A DNA stretch of 64,000 nt from Methanobacteriota archaeon (GCA_018650285.1 JABIGF010000028.1:68359-132358); one strand, 5' to 3'. Numbered from the stretch's first letter, positions 7,701-15,557 are shown. Notes: a model not told the origin generated them from the sequence alone. Numbers and translations are program-made.

Positions 7701-10198
7701 GTAATGCAATATGCCAAAGATTAGAATCAGATGGAATTGAAGCAGTTAGGCTGATGCTAGATCCAAGTATTAAGTCAAAGGTGCGAATTGAAAAAGATGG
7801 TGAAGTTGACATTATTCGTCTTGACCCAGGGAACCCAGATCATATTCTACAGTTTGGCGAAGTAATTACCGACTTAGATGTTGCAGGTGTAATTCACACA
7901 GCACCTTGTACACTTGCTGGTATGGCTTGGGCGGAGGTCACTAGTCGGCAGCAGACACAGATGGTCTGTCACGGATTATTCGGTGTGTTGCAGCAAATTG
8001 ATGCAAAATTGGCACAAAGAAGCGATGGTATAGTCTGTTCAATTTCGGCATTAGATGGCCGACACGGAAATGGCGGCCACAGATTCAATGCACTTGGTGC
8101 AGGCGCTCATGGTATAGTCAAATCATACGGGAGAGAAAGACCAAACATTCGTTCTCGTGCATTAGATGTTGCTCCAGAATTACTTGTGAATGCTGATGAT
8201 TTAGCAGCCACAATTCTCAGTGAAATTGAACAGATGGGCCCACGTGAACTTGGAATTGATGCAGATGGTAGGCGTTGGAGCGTTTGCATTTATGATGAAC
8301 CGCATGAGAATGGAGTGGAGTCATTACAATCAGATGATGTGTTCCTTGTTTCAGGTGGCGGCTCTGGTGTTACTGCTGCTTGTGTCGTAGGTTTAGCAGA
8401 GGCAAACCAAAATGTGGGTTGTCACTTCAGTCTTCTTGGTAGGACTACATTAGACGCTTCACTCTCAAAGCACATCGATGTATCTGATGAAGAGTTGAAC
8501 CAGATGAAGATGGAATTGCGTGAACAGATGCAATCAGAATCAGGTAAGGTGACAATTGTTGATTGGGAAGGTGCATGGTCCAAGATAGTACGTTCATTAG
8601 ACATTCACCGCACTATTGCACTTATTACGGCGTCTGGGAACAGTGCATCATACCATGTTTGTGATGTTACTAATAGCAAACATATTCGTAAGGTTTTGAA
8701 GAAGTTGAAGAAGAAGCGCCCGCCAGTTACTGGAATCATTCATGGGGCAGGAATTGAAGACTCAAAATTGATTTCAGACAAAGATTGGGATACTTTTTCA
8801 AAGGTTATGGCGGTAAAGGTTGATGGTTGGCAAGCTCTCATTAATGCGGTCAAAGACCATAGTAAGGAATTGCGATATTGTTGCGCTTTTACTTCAATTG
8901 CTGGCAGATTTGGCAATGGCGGGCAGACTGATTATGCTGCAGCCAATTGCATTCTTGATGCTGAAATGTCAAGGCTTACTCATACCGATAATGAGCCGCA
9001 CGGTTTAGCAATCGCTTGGACCGGTTGGAGAGATGTCGGCATGGCTACCCGCGGTTCAATTGAGAAAGTATTCTCTGATGCAGGGATTGAGACCGTATCT
9101 GTTGACCAAGGTGTTGACATGTTTGTTGAAGAGGTGATGCGAGGCGGTAAGCGCCGAGTCGTAATTGCTGGCAGTCTTGGTATTCTCAATGATGATGGTT
9201 CAGATAGGGAGCCACCACAACGACTTGCTCCAGAGGTTGCTGCTTTGCTGTCAGATGCAGCACGCTTCCCATTTGTTGACAAGATAACTAACCACGAATC
9301 ATTTGACACACTCTCTTATGAGTGCACATTGGATACAACTCGTTTTCCATTCTTAGATGATCATGAGATTGAAAATGTCCCATATCATCCTGGGGTGATG
9401 GCATTGGAAATGTTTTCAGAAGCTGCTCAATTACTTTGGCCTCCATGTTCAGTAATCGGTTTTGCAGGAGTTAACTTTGGTTTGCCAATCAAATTACTCA
9501 AAGATGAGATGAAGGTTAGAGTGGTTGCTGAATTCTCACATCAAAACGACAACAATGTATGGGTGAAGTGTCGGCTTGAATCGGATTTGATTAACAAAAA
9601 GGGGGAGATATTTGGCGAACCAAGGATTCATCACAAGGCTTTGGTCAGGCTTTTGAAAAAGAAAGCGGACCGAGGTCTTCTCAAATTACCTTCTATTGGC
9701 ATGCCTTCAAAAGGTGGCGTATCATACGGTTCTGAGTTTGTATACAAACGCTTTTTCCACGGTCCTAAATTCCAATCTCATGGCGGTATTCAAGGTGGTT
9801 GCCACATCAATGGCATGGATGGGGCAGATGGTATTGCTTTGTCGCGCCATCAATTGCCAGATGTCAAACAGTTTGCAGTTGGTGAAGTAATTCTAGAAGC
9901 GCAACCAATGTTGATTGAGGCTTGTTTCCAAAATGCGGGCATGGTGGCAATGGAGATTGATAAAATTCAATCATTGCCAATTGGAATCGAGATGCTTGAG
10001 TTGATTAGAACTCCTGAGGTTGGCGATTCATTGAGAATGAGGGCGGTTCGTCGTGGTGCAGAAGATGATGGCGTGACAATTCATGATTGCATGATTGTCA
10101 ATCAAGATAGCAAACCAGTGGTGGCGCTGAAGGGGCTGCGATTGAAGGGAATGGCTCCGATAGATTCGGATGATTATTTCTCATTAAATCGCAATTGA
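1757..10198 (+). CDS. Type I iterative fatty-acid/polyketide megasynthase, PfaA-like (KS-AT-ACP'-KS-ACP-ACP-KR-DH), 2813 aa
   Basis: Motifs were read directly from the translation. KS1 is at about 1796-3181: DAACAS with Cys221 at 2417-2419, EAHGTSTKVGD, GSVKSQIGHLKAAAG, FGFGGTNFH. The AT domain is at about 3638-4550: FPGQGSQ, GHSLGEY with Ser728 at 3938-3940, and HAFHS, the malonyl-type specificity motif. An ACP-like helix bundle is at about 4847-5085 (FGIAGASLTSLL). KS2 is at about 5183-6580: NNACAST with Cys1351 at 5807-5809, SHEPFTPP, TKGFTGHPMG. Two tandem carrier domains are at about 6881-7110 and 7249-7480 (ELGIDTVKQAEIMAD). KR is at about 7590-9190 (VSGGGSGVT, FGNGGQTDYAAAN). A double-hotdog PKS-type dehydratase (PS-DH) is at about 9262-10195 (LDDHEIENVPYHPGV, HGPKFQ). 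Confidence 0.9.
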   Translation: MSGQKRKPTSHSFPPIAIVGQSALLPGAPDIDTFWRNVLNAHVSIKEVSPTRWDPRDFWIEGEPGSAPEGKTYSKIGGFIEDFEFDWRRWKQPPGTLTQIDDTQLWAVKVAAAALEDAGYLGEKNRLELDSEMCGVIFANALGGENRLLSGFRVHADEITRKAMEAGMPSEGSEKFKEALVEGTPRVDEDTMAGELANVVAGRVANLLDLQGPNFSADAACASTFAALVSACQMLHSGQTDVMICGASDRTMDPATYAKFSAIGALSPIHSRPFDARANGFVMGEGAGCVVLKRLEDAIADGDTIYSVIRGIGASSDGRGKGITAPSTRGQKQALNRAYEQAGYSASTVELIEAHGTSTKVGDATELSTLAEVFSNLDGGDAVAVGSVKSQIGHLKAAAGMAGLLKASLALHHRTIPPSAGFEQPNTAVNWNEIPFFVPTVATEWPLSTSNTPRRAGISSFGFGGTNFHCALEQYDPEHHLSLLEDWDKPIQNQPLLADSVLDNSANPSMTHEELKAIEGGVLLLNASDFESLAVEIEKTKAILFSSDLNFDNTAEGRRLSAVLPEISAEFLAKGARCAVVATSWAQLEKRMQLLSDNLDDRDKWDFLAKQMVFITDEPPLPSSAKLVQMFPGQGSQYVGMTLDLSKRFNVIGETWDEADKTMIEILDGEKLSEFVLRENLSPDEVKIAEEKLKQTEFTQPAMLTADLAIYRLLQEHDINPDMVAGHSLGEYAALMVSGIIKFHDALRAAAARGTEMGNVDVPDQGLMASVTAPFGKVEEVINSVDGYVIAANKNSPLMTVIAGDTPSMQSAISKFDELNIPCVTLQTSHAFHSSIIAPANEPLRRFLEGLELSLPTIPITANYDGQFYPNNLAEGETIHDAILRQLAPQMSSAVEWTEQVQEMYSKGGRLFMEVGPKRALALFAEQILHDREKVVTNTNHPKVGGVASFLSSIAVCALAGRVPSMHALNSDRLSSGFRAGPLEVWQTGSKASVTSAASSAEMEDLRVRARPLPSSGVTSHSAPQTNTPFADSVVEELVDKEGYLAHRISELSGYPTRHVRGELDLSTFGIAGASLTSLLTKIAAEANVSGPADASQHTTLTALNEWVLSPPTGFTISRKVKGGGSASQSVVSLDSMAERKANPYVVTGVSLGLPGLSEVFAPDALERIVAGENFISELPDEVKQRLLDKNMVRIVKHQDGRAEFVACDSFATIPQLAGVGGYFDLAEQYGVDEKIVAAMDIATTLSFAAGLEALTDAALPLLPVEQVSSVGKRLIRGWNLPNSIRERTGVVFASVFPGIAMAMRHALNNGADENGTFDRRFLLQVLTMGHAQFAQWIGARGPNAAINNACASTPAAFAIAEDWLATGRCDRVIVISGDDSTGDDLMEWIGAGFAAAGAHSMGNVVEEVALPFDARRNGMLLGMGGAAFVIEKSSHANERGVVPYAELLGAHIGNSAFHPTRLDVEHVVTTFDNFVTNMENRWGIDRHQIAPKTTFMSHEPFTPPRGGSAAAEIESLRGAFKESAEQVIITNTKGFTGHPMGVGIEDATGLYALASGRLPPIANFKEPDESLGNLRLSEGGEYDVEYMLRHAAGFGSQIALTMFKRIARTLNRVDREAVIRWAAIEAGDDVELRLLKRKLVAYVSPDDSLIGGMEGNEWVVSAQDAAPENQTVEIHIEKPVEVVAPMPTPEPDEPVSKPAPTIVGGTSPDIEAKVIETVAEHTGYPADFIELDQDLEGELGIDTVKQAEIMADLRTAYSLPVDDTFQLREHPTLNHMIAYIVRMNGDSESSEHQPLEPVEDEQTSGEEEIESIDENQSDDISPPIQSAAVDSDVEAGVLEIVVKHTGYPEDFLELDQDLEGELGIDTVKQAEIMADCRERYSLPVDEEFQLREYPTLAHMIGYIISMRGDSATVETIDEIETEEVVEIQSDEEPVEKPSTDAIESGVHRWVVEVEEAELGQAHPLDMGGSYVIVTDDSWGLGNAICQRLESDGIEAVRLMLDPSIKSKVRIEKDGEVDIIRLDPGNPDHILQFGEVITDLDVAGVIHTAPCTLAGMAWAEVTSRQQTQMVCHGLFGVLQQIDAKLAQRSDGIVCSISALDGRHGNGGHRFNALGAGAHGIVKSYGRERPNIRSRALDVAPELLVNADDLAATILSEIEQMGPRELGIDADGRRWSVCIYDEPHENGVESLQSDDVFLVSGGGSGVTAACVVGLAEANQNVGCHFSLLGRTTLDASLSKHIDVSDEELNQMKMELREQMQSESGKVTIVDWEGAWSKIVRSLDIHRTIALITASGNSASYHVCDVTNSKHIRKVLKKLKKKRPPVTGIIHGAGIEDSKLISDKDWDTFSKVMAVKVDGWQALINAVKDHSKELRYCCAFTSIAGRFGNGGQTDYAAANCILDAEMSRLTHTDNEPHGLAIAWTGWRDVGMATRGSIEKVFSDAGIETVSVDQGVDMFVEEVMRGGKRRVVIAGSLGILNDDGSDREPPQRLAPEVAALLSDAARFPFVDKITNHESFDTLSYECTLDTTRFPFLDDHEIENVPYHPGVMALEMFSEAAQLLWPPCSVIGFAGVNFGLPIKLLKDEMKVRVVAEFSHQNDNNVWVKCRLESDLINKKGEIFGEPRIHHKALVRLLKKKADRGLLKLPSIGMPSKGGVSYGSEFVYKRFFHGPKFQSHGGIQGGCHINGMDGADGIALSRHQLPDVKQFAVGEVILEAQPMLIEACFQNAGMVAMEIDKIQSLPIGIEMLELIRTPEVGDSLRMRAVRRGAEDDGVTIHDCMIVNQDSKPVVALKGLRLKGMAPIDSDDYFSLNRN
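6881..7480 (+). repeat. Tandem duplication of the carrier-protein (ACP) module, period about 369 nt / 123 aa
   Basis: VAEHTGYPADFIELDQDLEGELGIDTVKQAEIMADLRTAYSLPVDDTFQLREHPTLNHMIAYI repeats as VVKHTGYPEDFLELDQDLEGELGIDTVKQAEIMADCRERYSLPVDEEFQLREYPTLAHMIGYI. The two copies are separated by acidic linkers. Confidence 0.85.
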
Positions 10199-10227
10199 AA
10201 AATTAATTTATCAATTGAGGAATTACA

Positions 10228-10926
10228 ATGTGGGAACCAGTCGGAAAACCTACTTTTCTAGACCTTCCAAAAGGTGCTCACCAAGAGTCAATAGCCGCAT
10301 GGATTGAAGTGCGTCCAACTTCTCCTATGGATCCTGTTCCCGATGTATCTGCACAGAGGTTTGTTGATTCAATTGAAGCATCTAAATTTGCCATGGCGAA
10401 AAGGGCTGAGGAGCATGCCGCCGCTCGTTGGTTAGTTGAATACCTATTATTGGAGAGTGGTCGCAATCCTAAACTGTTCAAAATTCAACGTGATGATTAC
10501 CGTCGCCCTCGCCTCATAGGTCAAAATGCCCCATCTATGACAATCACTCATAGCGGTGGGATTGCTGCAGTATTACTAGGTCCCAAGGATATTGATATTG
10601 GATTAGATTTGGAACCATTGATGCCTCGTCCTAGGAATATTCTCTGCATGATGTCTTCTGGCAAGGAGAGAGCTGAACTTGAATCTCTATATGATGAAGA
10701 TGAGAAGAACGCTTCTTCTCAAACCACAGATGTGTGGGTTGCTAAGGAGGCAATACAGAAGGCTGCAGGGCTTGGGATGGGTCTTCCTCCTCAATCGTTT
10801 GAGGTGTATGGGCGTAATGTGGTCAATGTTGGTATTGATGGCGTCAATAATATTTTCAATCTTCATTGCTGGAAAGCAAATCTCAATGGTCAATTAACTT
10901 CATTGGCCATTGCAGAAAAGGTCTAA
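10228..10926 (+). CDS. 4'-phosphopantetheinyl transferase, Sfp/PfaE type
   Basis: ITHSGGIAAVLL...DIGLDLE and WVAKEAIQKAAG correspond to the PPTase G-x-D-x-E and W-x-x-KEA-x-x-K motifs. A GAGG site lies 7 nt upstream of the ATG, and the gene starts 29 nt after the megasynthase stop. Confidence 0.85.
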   Translation: MWEPVGKPTFLDLPKGAHQESIAAWIEVRPTSPMDPVPDVSAQRFVDSIEASKFAMAKRAEEHAAARWLVEYLLLESGRNPKLFKIQRDDYRRPRLIGQNAPSMTITHSGGIAAVLLGPKDIDIGLDLEPLMPRPRNILCMMSSGKERAELESLYDEDEKNASSQTTDVWVAKEAIQKAAGLGMGLPPQSFEVYGRNVVNVGIDGVNNIFNLHCWKANLNGQLTSLAIAEKV

Positions 10927-13251
10927 TCACTTGCTAATTTCAGCATCTAGGATACTTTCATCTTGTGACAATTGTTTTGTCAACCAATAGGTGAAAGCAA
11001 TTGCAATTATCCATAGAGGGATATTTGCTCTGTAGAATGTCTCGTATGCGATGATATCAGTTTTCCCTGAACTAATGAAATATCCTAGGGCAAAGAAACC
11101 TGCTAGAATTCCAATTGATTGCCCTAAGAAGGCTACGAGACTCGCCATGCCAATTCCACGATTCCTTTCATCTTCATTGGTGAATTTAGCCATTAGCGCA
11201 TCGTTTGAGACTAGCAACATTGGATAGATTGGTACTACAAAGATTAGAACCGCAATCATTGGTGGTAACCCAATGCTGAATATGGACCAAAGTGTCCCAT
11301 ATGCTGCTGCAGACCAAAATAGAACGGTCTGCGCTCCTCTTTCATCACATACCTTGCCAATTACTGCGTATAGGACTAGAACGGCAACTACTGCCCATGC
11401 CTCTAACAGTCCCGTGAAGTCCACATCAAATCCTACGACTTCTAGATAGCGCAGAGCAGTCAATACTACTGCACCGCGTGGAATTGCTACTAGTATTACT
11501 CCAAGTAAACAGAGCATAGCCCATTTACTTTCAAATCTGAATATCCCACGGAACATTGTTAACTTCTCTTTGAAACTTAATTTCACAGGCTCTGGCTTAT
11601 TACCTCCCTTCAGCATCCAAATAGGCCAGGAAAAATCATCACCTTCGAATTTCATTATCATTAAGGCACCGACAACTAATGCTGGGATTGAAAATCCAAC
11701 AAGCCCAAGCATTGCATAGGTTGACCCTGAAGGCAATAGCATCACATACAATTTGCTGCATACCATTGAACCAATTGCTGCTGCGAATGAAGCGAATGCG
11801 TAGAGTACTCCAAGGAACTCACCTTTCTGTTCAGGGAACCATTCTGTACCAACAGCGACCCCCATTCTGACTGAAGCAAATAATGCAATTTGTATTGTTG
11901 AAGCAATGATGTACGCTTCAAGTGGGAGGAATGGGAATGAGGCCATTATGACACTGGCACCAATCATGGCAAACAACATCAATTGTTTTCTGTGGCCCCA
12001 TTTGTCTGCAATAGCGCCCCAAATAGGCCCAAAGGCACCAAGGGCAAAAGCGAGTAAACACAGATGGAGAATAACCACATCTTCAGAAGCGCCCAATTCA
12101 CGAGAATGGAAGGAATACAGAATCAGTGCGTTGTTAATTCCACCTATTAGGAATGCTGCTGCAATAAATAATCGCTTTAGATCCCCCTCTTCTCTAGAAC
12201 CATGCCCCAACTCTTTTGCACTTTCTTTTAGGGAACGATAGCGCCCCATGAGCCAGAATCCTACAGCCACAAGTACTGGTATTGTGAGATAAAACAGGAC
12301 ATCCTTGAATCCGCTAGAGAGAATGCTAGGCCCTCTGTCATCCATTTCGAATACGGCTTGATTGGTATTTCCTTGATTACCCGAAGAGTCATTCCACATT
12401 ATGTGGGCTTCTAGAATGGTCCCATCTTTCCATACTTCAATTTCCCAACGATAGACGCCACCATCCGAATCAGTGCCGTCTTCTGTTGGTTCAAGGAGGT
12501 GCTCATCATTACCATCAGTTGCGTGAATAATCAGTGTCCCTTCCTCAAACAATTTGTCACTTAGAGCCCACCTAACTTGAGCGGCCCAAATCACATCAGA
12601 GCGCGAATAGTTCTCATGCTCACCTCTGAACATTGTCCCCTCACTCTCGAGGTAAGGGTCGTCAACTTGGTACATACCAGCAGAGATTGTTAGATTGGTG
12701 GGTGTCTCTGATGAGCCCCAGTGGATGGTGCAAGAGTTAGTATCAAAGGGATTTATTTCTTCACTGTTAACTGTCCAGCGAATTGAAAGAGTTTGGTCAA
12801 TTGAAATATTATCTGGTAAATTCCCTCCCGAGAAATCAATACGCTGCTTCTCTTCAGAAAGTGAAATCCCACCACTATTGATTTGGTCTAATTCAGTTCC
12901 ATCAATGAACAGAAAGAGGTCAATATTTACTTGTCCGCTTCCACTTGCCCAAAGTGAGAAATTCCAAGACTCGCTACCAATCGGGGCATCCCTAACAAAA
13001 TTCGTAGTAGTGAGGGTGGGGCCATCGGAGGCAAAAGATACGAACTGCAAAGGGAAATCGTGAGTAGACATCTCTGCCTGTTCTTTCAATTCAGGAGAGA
13101 GTGTATCTTGACTTTGAGCAAAAAGAGAGGTAGTCCTAATGGGTGGAGAATACTCAACTTCAGGGGGAAGAACATCCTCTTCTCCTGTTGTTGTGGGTAT
13201 GACAAGAGTCCCAATCACCAAAACTAGTGTGACTAGGATAATTCGTTTCAT
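10927..13251 (-). CDS. MFS transporter fused to an N-terminal extracellular domain of about 330 aa
   Basis: It has a signal/anchor sequence (MKRIILVTLVLVIGTLVIP) followed by a soluble Asn/Ser/Trp-rich domain. About 12 TM helices follow, with the MFS loop motif GAIADKWGHRKQ. Its stop codon directly abuts the PPTase stop, a convergent junction with 0-nt spacing. Confidence 0.75.
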   Translation of the reverse strand: MKRIILVTLVLVIGTLVIPTTTGEEDVLPPEVEYSPPIRTTSLFAQSQDTLSPELKEQAEMSTHDFPLQFVSFASDGPTLTTTNFVRDAPIGSESWNFSLWASGSGQVNIDLFLFIDGTELDQINSGGISLSEEKQRIDFSGGNLPDNISIDQTLSIRWTVNSEEINPFDTNSCTIHWGSSETPTNLTISAGMYQVDDPYLESEGTMFRGEHENYSRSDVIWAAQVRWALSDKLFEEGTLIIHATDGNDEHLLEPTEDGTDSDGGVYRWEIEVWKDGTILEAHIMWNDSSGNQGNTNQAVFEMDDRGPSILSSGFKDVLFYLTIPVLVAVGFWLMGRYRSLKESAKELGHGSREEGDLKRLFIAAAFLIGGINNALILYSFHSRELGASEDVVILHLCLLAFALGAFGPIWGAIADKWGHRKQLMLFAMIGASVIMASFPFLPLEAYIIASTIQIALFASVRMGVAVGTEWFPEQKGEFLGVLYAFASFAAAIGSMVCSKLYVMLLPSGSTYAMLGLVGFSIPALVVGALMIMKFEGDDFSWPIWMLKGGNKPEPVKLSFKEKLTMFRGIFRFESKWAMLCLLGVILVAIPRGAVVLTALRYLEVVGFDVDFTGLLEAWAVVAVLVLYAVIGKVCDERGAQTVLFWSAAAYGTLWSIFSIGLPPMIAVLIFVVPIYPMLLVSNDALMAKFTNEDERNRGIGMASLVAFLGQSIGILAGFFALGYFISSGKTDIIAYETFYRANIPLWIIAIAFTYWLTKQLSQDESILDAEISK

Positions 13252-13254
13252 ACA

Positions 13255-13467
13255 TCATTCCTCTTCAGTTGATTTGGCAATGTGTTGCTCAATATCTTTT
13301 TGTGTTGGATAAAAGAGAAATAATAGGCCTAATAGAAACATTGGAGGCGTTGTAAACTCACCAGAAATATTCAGTTCAAGGGCTGAAAATAATATATTCC
13401 AAAGAGGGATATTTACTGGCAAAAATAAGAACAACAATGCTACACCCACCCAGTTGCGGCCTCTCAT
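13255..13467 (-). CDS. Small hypothetical membrane protein (70 aa, 2 TM)
   Basis: The ORF starts with ATG. It has two hydrophobic segments and an acidic tail. Its stop lies 3 nt before the MFS-fusion start, suggesting co-translation. No recognisable family. Confidence 0.4.
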   Translation of the reverse strand: MRGRNWVGVALLFLFLPVNIPLWNILFSALELNISGEFTTPPMFLLGLLFLFYPTQKDIEQHIAKSTEEE

Positions 13468-13546
13468 GAATTTGGGTGCGACGGTCTTCTAACATCAAGC
13501 CTCGCATAGACGCGGTTAAGACAGATAGGTTGGTCGGAAGGGCTAC

Positions 13547-13617
13547 GCGTCCATGATGTAGGGGTAGCATCAGAGGTTTCCAACCTCTTCGCCCGGGTTC
13601 AAATCCCGGTGGGCGCA
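13547..13617 (+). tRNA. tRNA-Gly (anticodon UCC), 71 nt, no encoded CCA, no intron
   Basis: Folded by hand. The acceptor stem is GCGTCCA/TGGGCGC, 7 bp with one G-U pair. The D arm is ATGT-AGGGGTA-GCAT. The anticodon arm is AGAGG-TTTCCAA-CCTCT, giving anticodon UCC. The variable loop is TCGC, the T arm is CCGGG-TTCAAAT-CCCGG, and the discriminator is A. Confidence 0.88.
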
Positions 13618-13629
13618 TCTCGCTTTTTC

Positions 13630-14373
13630 TCAAACGTCGCCTTCAACACGTGGTGCTAAGAAATAGATTACTTTGGCACCACCGTCAGCAAATTCAAATT
13701 CTAATTTAAGCGGATAATTTTCACCAAACCTTGCAGTTATTGTGTCAACAGTTGCTTCAAGTTTTTTTGCTAGTGGGAGTAAATACTGGAGGCTGTACTG
13801 ACTTTTGACAGGACTAGTACAATTCAATTCTTGTAATTCTCCAGCGTCGTAACTGACATTGACGGCATCTGATTCGCCAGTTACATTGACACTAAAGCGA
13901 GTTTGATCAATTGAAAATGTTACCAAGTCACCGACTTGTTCAGCCGCTTTGAGAGCACGAGCAAACTTTGCACCAGAAAGACTGACTGAAATGTCGGTAT
14001 CCAAATCTGGGACTTTAGGTTCCTGCATATTTTGGCGGTCTAGTGGTCGGATAGTTCTTTCAATTTCGCCAACTTGGAATTCAACTTTTCCAACCGCATC
14101 GTTATAGTTGACTAGAATCAAATCACCGGCTCCAGCTAATTGAACAAGTTTGGAGATTTTTGCTAATTCTAATCCAAGAACAGTTTCATTGACATCCCAT
14201 GATTCAAATGCAGCAGAATCAACCTCCATATGTATCATGGCCACATGGCTTGGGTCTACAACCCTAATTACCAATTTATCTTCTTCAAAATTAAAGCGCG
14301 CCTCTTCAACTAAAGTTGACAAAATGTCAACCACCATTCTGAAAGTGTCTTGTCGGGCTGTTATGTTCATCAT
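13630..14373 (-). CDS. pcn: DNA polymerase sliding clamp (PCNA)
   Basis: The length and sequence pattern are typical of archaeal PCNA (MMNITARQDTFRMVVDILSTLVEEARFNFEEDKLVIRVVDPSHVAMIHMEV... LKLEFEFADGGAKVIYFLAPRVE). The ORF is open from a GTG at 14409, but the ATG at 14373 follows GGTAGGGAG. Confidence 0.9.
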   Translation of the reverse strand: MMNITARQDTFRMVVDILSTLVEEARFNFEEDKLVIRVVDPSHVAMIHMEVDSAAFESWDVNETVLGLELAKISKLVQLAGAGDLILVNYNDAVGKVEFQVGEIERTIRPLDRQNMQEPKVPDLDTDISVSLSGAKFARALKAAEQVGDLVTFSIDQTRFSVNVTGESDAVNVSYDAGELQELNCTSPVKSQYSLQYLLPLAKKLEATVDTITARFGENYPLKLEFEFADGGAKVIYFLAPRVEGDV

Positions 14374-14474
14374 GTCGCTCCCTACCCCTACGATAACCAC
14401 CTGTCTCACAAGGGGGCTCTAAAGCCTTCGCTATGCTAAGTAAATTCTATATCGTGACAATAGAGGTGGAAAAA

Positions 14475-15512
14475 TCACTCATCACGATCAGAATGGCGCT
14501 CCATTGGTGCCCGTTCAAAGTCTATGAAATTGATATCAAGAGGCTTGTCATTTTTTAACAAAAGTTGTTGGCATTTCACTCTGAAATCCTCTTCATTCAT
14601 CTCTCCTGCGAAATCAATGAGTAGTTCATTACCACTCATTTCTCCTCTCATCCAGTCTCCGTCACCACGGTGGTTTTGTGCTGGTTGTGGATAGATGATG
14701 TCAGTACTCCAAGGAGTGACTCTAACGATGGTCTTCTCACCCTTTTCGGAGGTGCTAATAATATCGTATTCAAGATGTCCATCACTGAATTCTCGGTGAG
14801 CAATAATGGTTCCATCCTCAAGTAATTCAAGACTAATTTCAGGCGCCTCTTCTCTTTCGCCTCTTTCTCCATGGCTATTTCTTAGTCGCTCCATTAATAC
14901 CCGCAATTCTCTGCATGATTCATCATCGCCACTTTCACAAGCTTCTCTCAAATTGCCAATCATTTCTCTAAGGTCGCCACGGTCTCGTGACTCATTATCA
15001 TGAGTGGAATCATTGTGGGGTGCCCAACCATGTTCTTCTAGGAAAGAAGAAAAATTTTCCCTGGAATAATTGGTGGTAGTTGTGACGCCGTTTGCATCAA
15101 TTATTGATACTACATAGCCCGAATCAGTACGGGATACTGAAATGTGGTCAGGAAGATGCCAGTCAACTTCGGTAGTGTTGTCTGATGAGTTATCAGGCTC
15201 ATTTGCTTGCCTTCCAGCCGCCGTGTTTCTTTCACGTATTGAGGTGGATAAATCCCACTCACCTAGATTTCTGTCAGTAGGTATTCCATCATCTAGGTTG
15301 TTGCATCGCTCAATCCAAGCATCATCAGATTTCAATGAAGTAGAATCAGAAGCAGCCTTTTCATTGGTATTCCCACTATTGTCAGTTGCAGCAGTGTCGT
15401 CCATTTCAAGAGATGTCATTGATGCCATCCCTCCTAAAACTAAGAGTACAACTAGAAGGATGCTTAGGGCGCCGTTTAATCGAATTCCTGTGCCTGATGC
15501 CATATTAACCAA
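14475..15512 (-). CDS. Hypothetical secreted/anchored acidic protein
   Basis: It has an N-terminal signal anchor (ALSILLVVLLVLGGMASM) followed by an acidic, Asp/Glu/Ser/Asn-rich sequence. No recognisable catalytic motif. Confidence 0.55.
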   Translation of the reverse strand: MVNMASGTGIRLNGALSILLVVLLVLGGMASMTSLEMDDTAATDNSGNTNEKAASDSTSLKSDDAWIERCNNLDDGIPTDRNLGEWDLSTSIRERNTAAGRQANEPDNSSDNTTEVDWHLPDHISVSRTDSGYVVSIIDANGVTTTTNYSRENFSSFLEEHGWAPHNDSTHDNESRDRGDLREMIGNLREACESGDDESCRELRVLMERLRNSHGERGEREEAPEISLELLEDGTIIAHREFSDGHLEYDIISTSEKGEKTIVRVTPWSTDIIYPQPAQNHRGDGDWMRGEMSGNELLIDFAGEMNEEDFRVKCQQLLLKNDKPLDINFIDFERAPMERHSDRDE

Positions 15513-15557
15513 TTATTGAGGAGCGGTGGTCCTTTCAATAGTTTGTGTTTGTGAATT

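Noticed and set aside
1757-10926. The synthase operon as a recently acquired mobile island
   Set aside because: No integrase, transposase or direct repeats flank it. The nearby tRNA-Gly at 13547-13617 is intact with no partial duplicate. By eye, codon style and SD usage look like the rest of the window. Ancient transfer from bacteria remains likely, but I cannot compute compositional statistics here.
13376-13633. An 85-aa minus-strand ORF between the small membrane ORF and PCNA
   Set aside because: It runs straight through the hand-folded tRNA-Gly(UCC) at 13547-13617 on the opposite strand and overlaps the PCNA stop. The tRNA explains the conservation-like GC content.
13255-14474. A possible replication origin near the PCNA gene
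   Set aside because: There is no Orc1/Cdc6 gene, no origin-recognition-box-like inverted repeat and no extended AT-rich unwinding element. The intergenic space is filled by a tRNA and short promoters.
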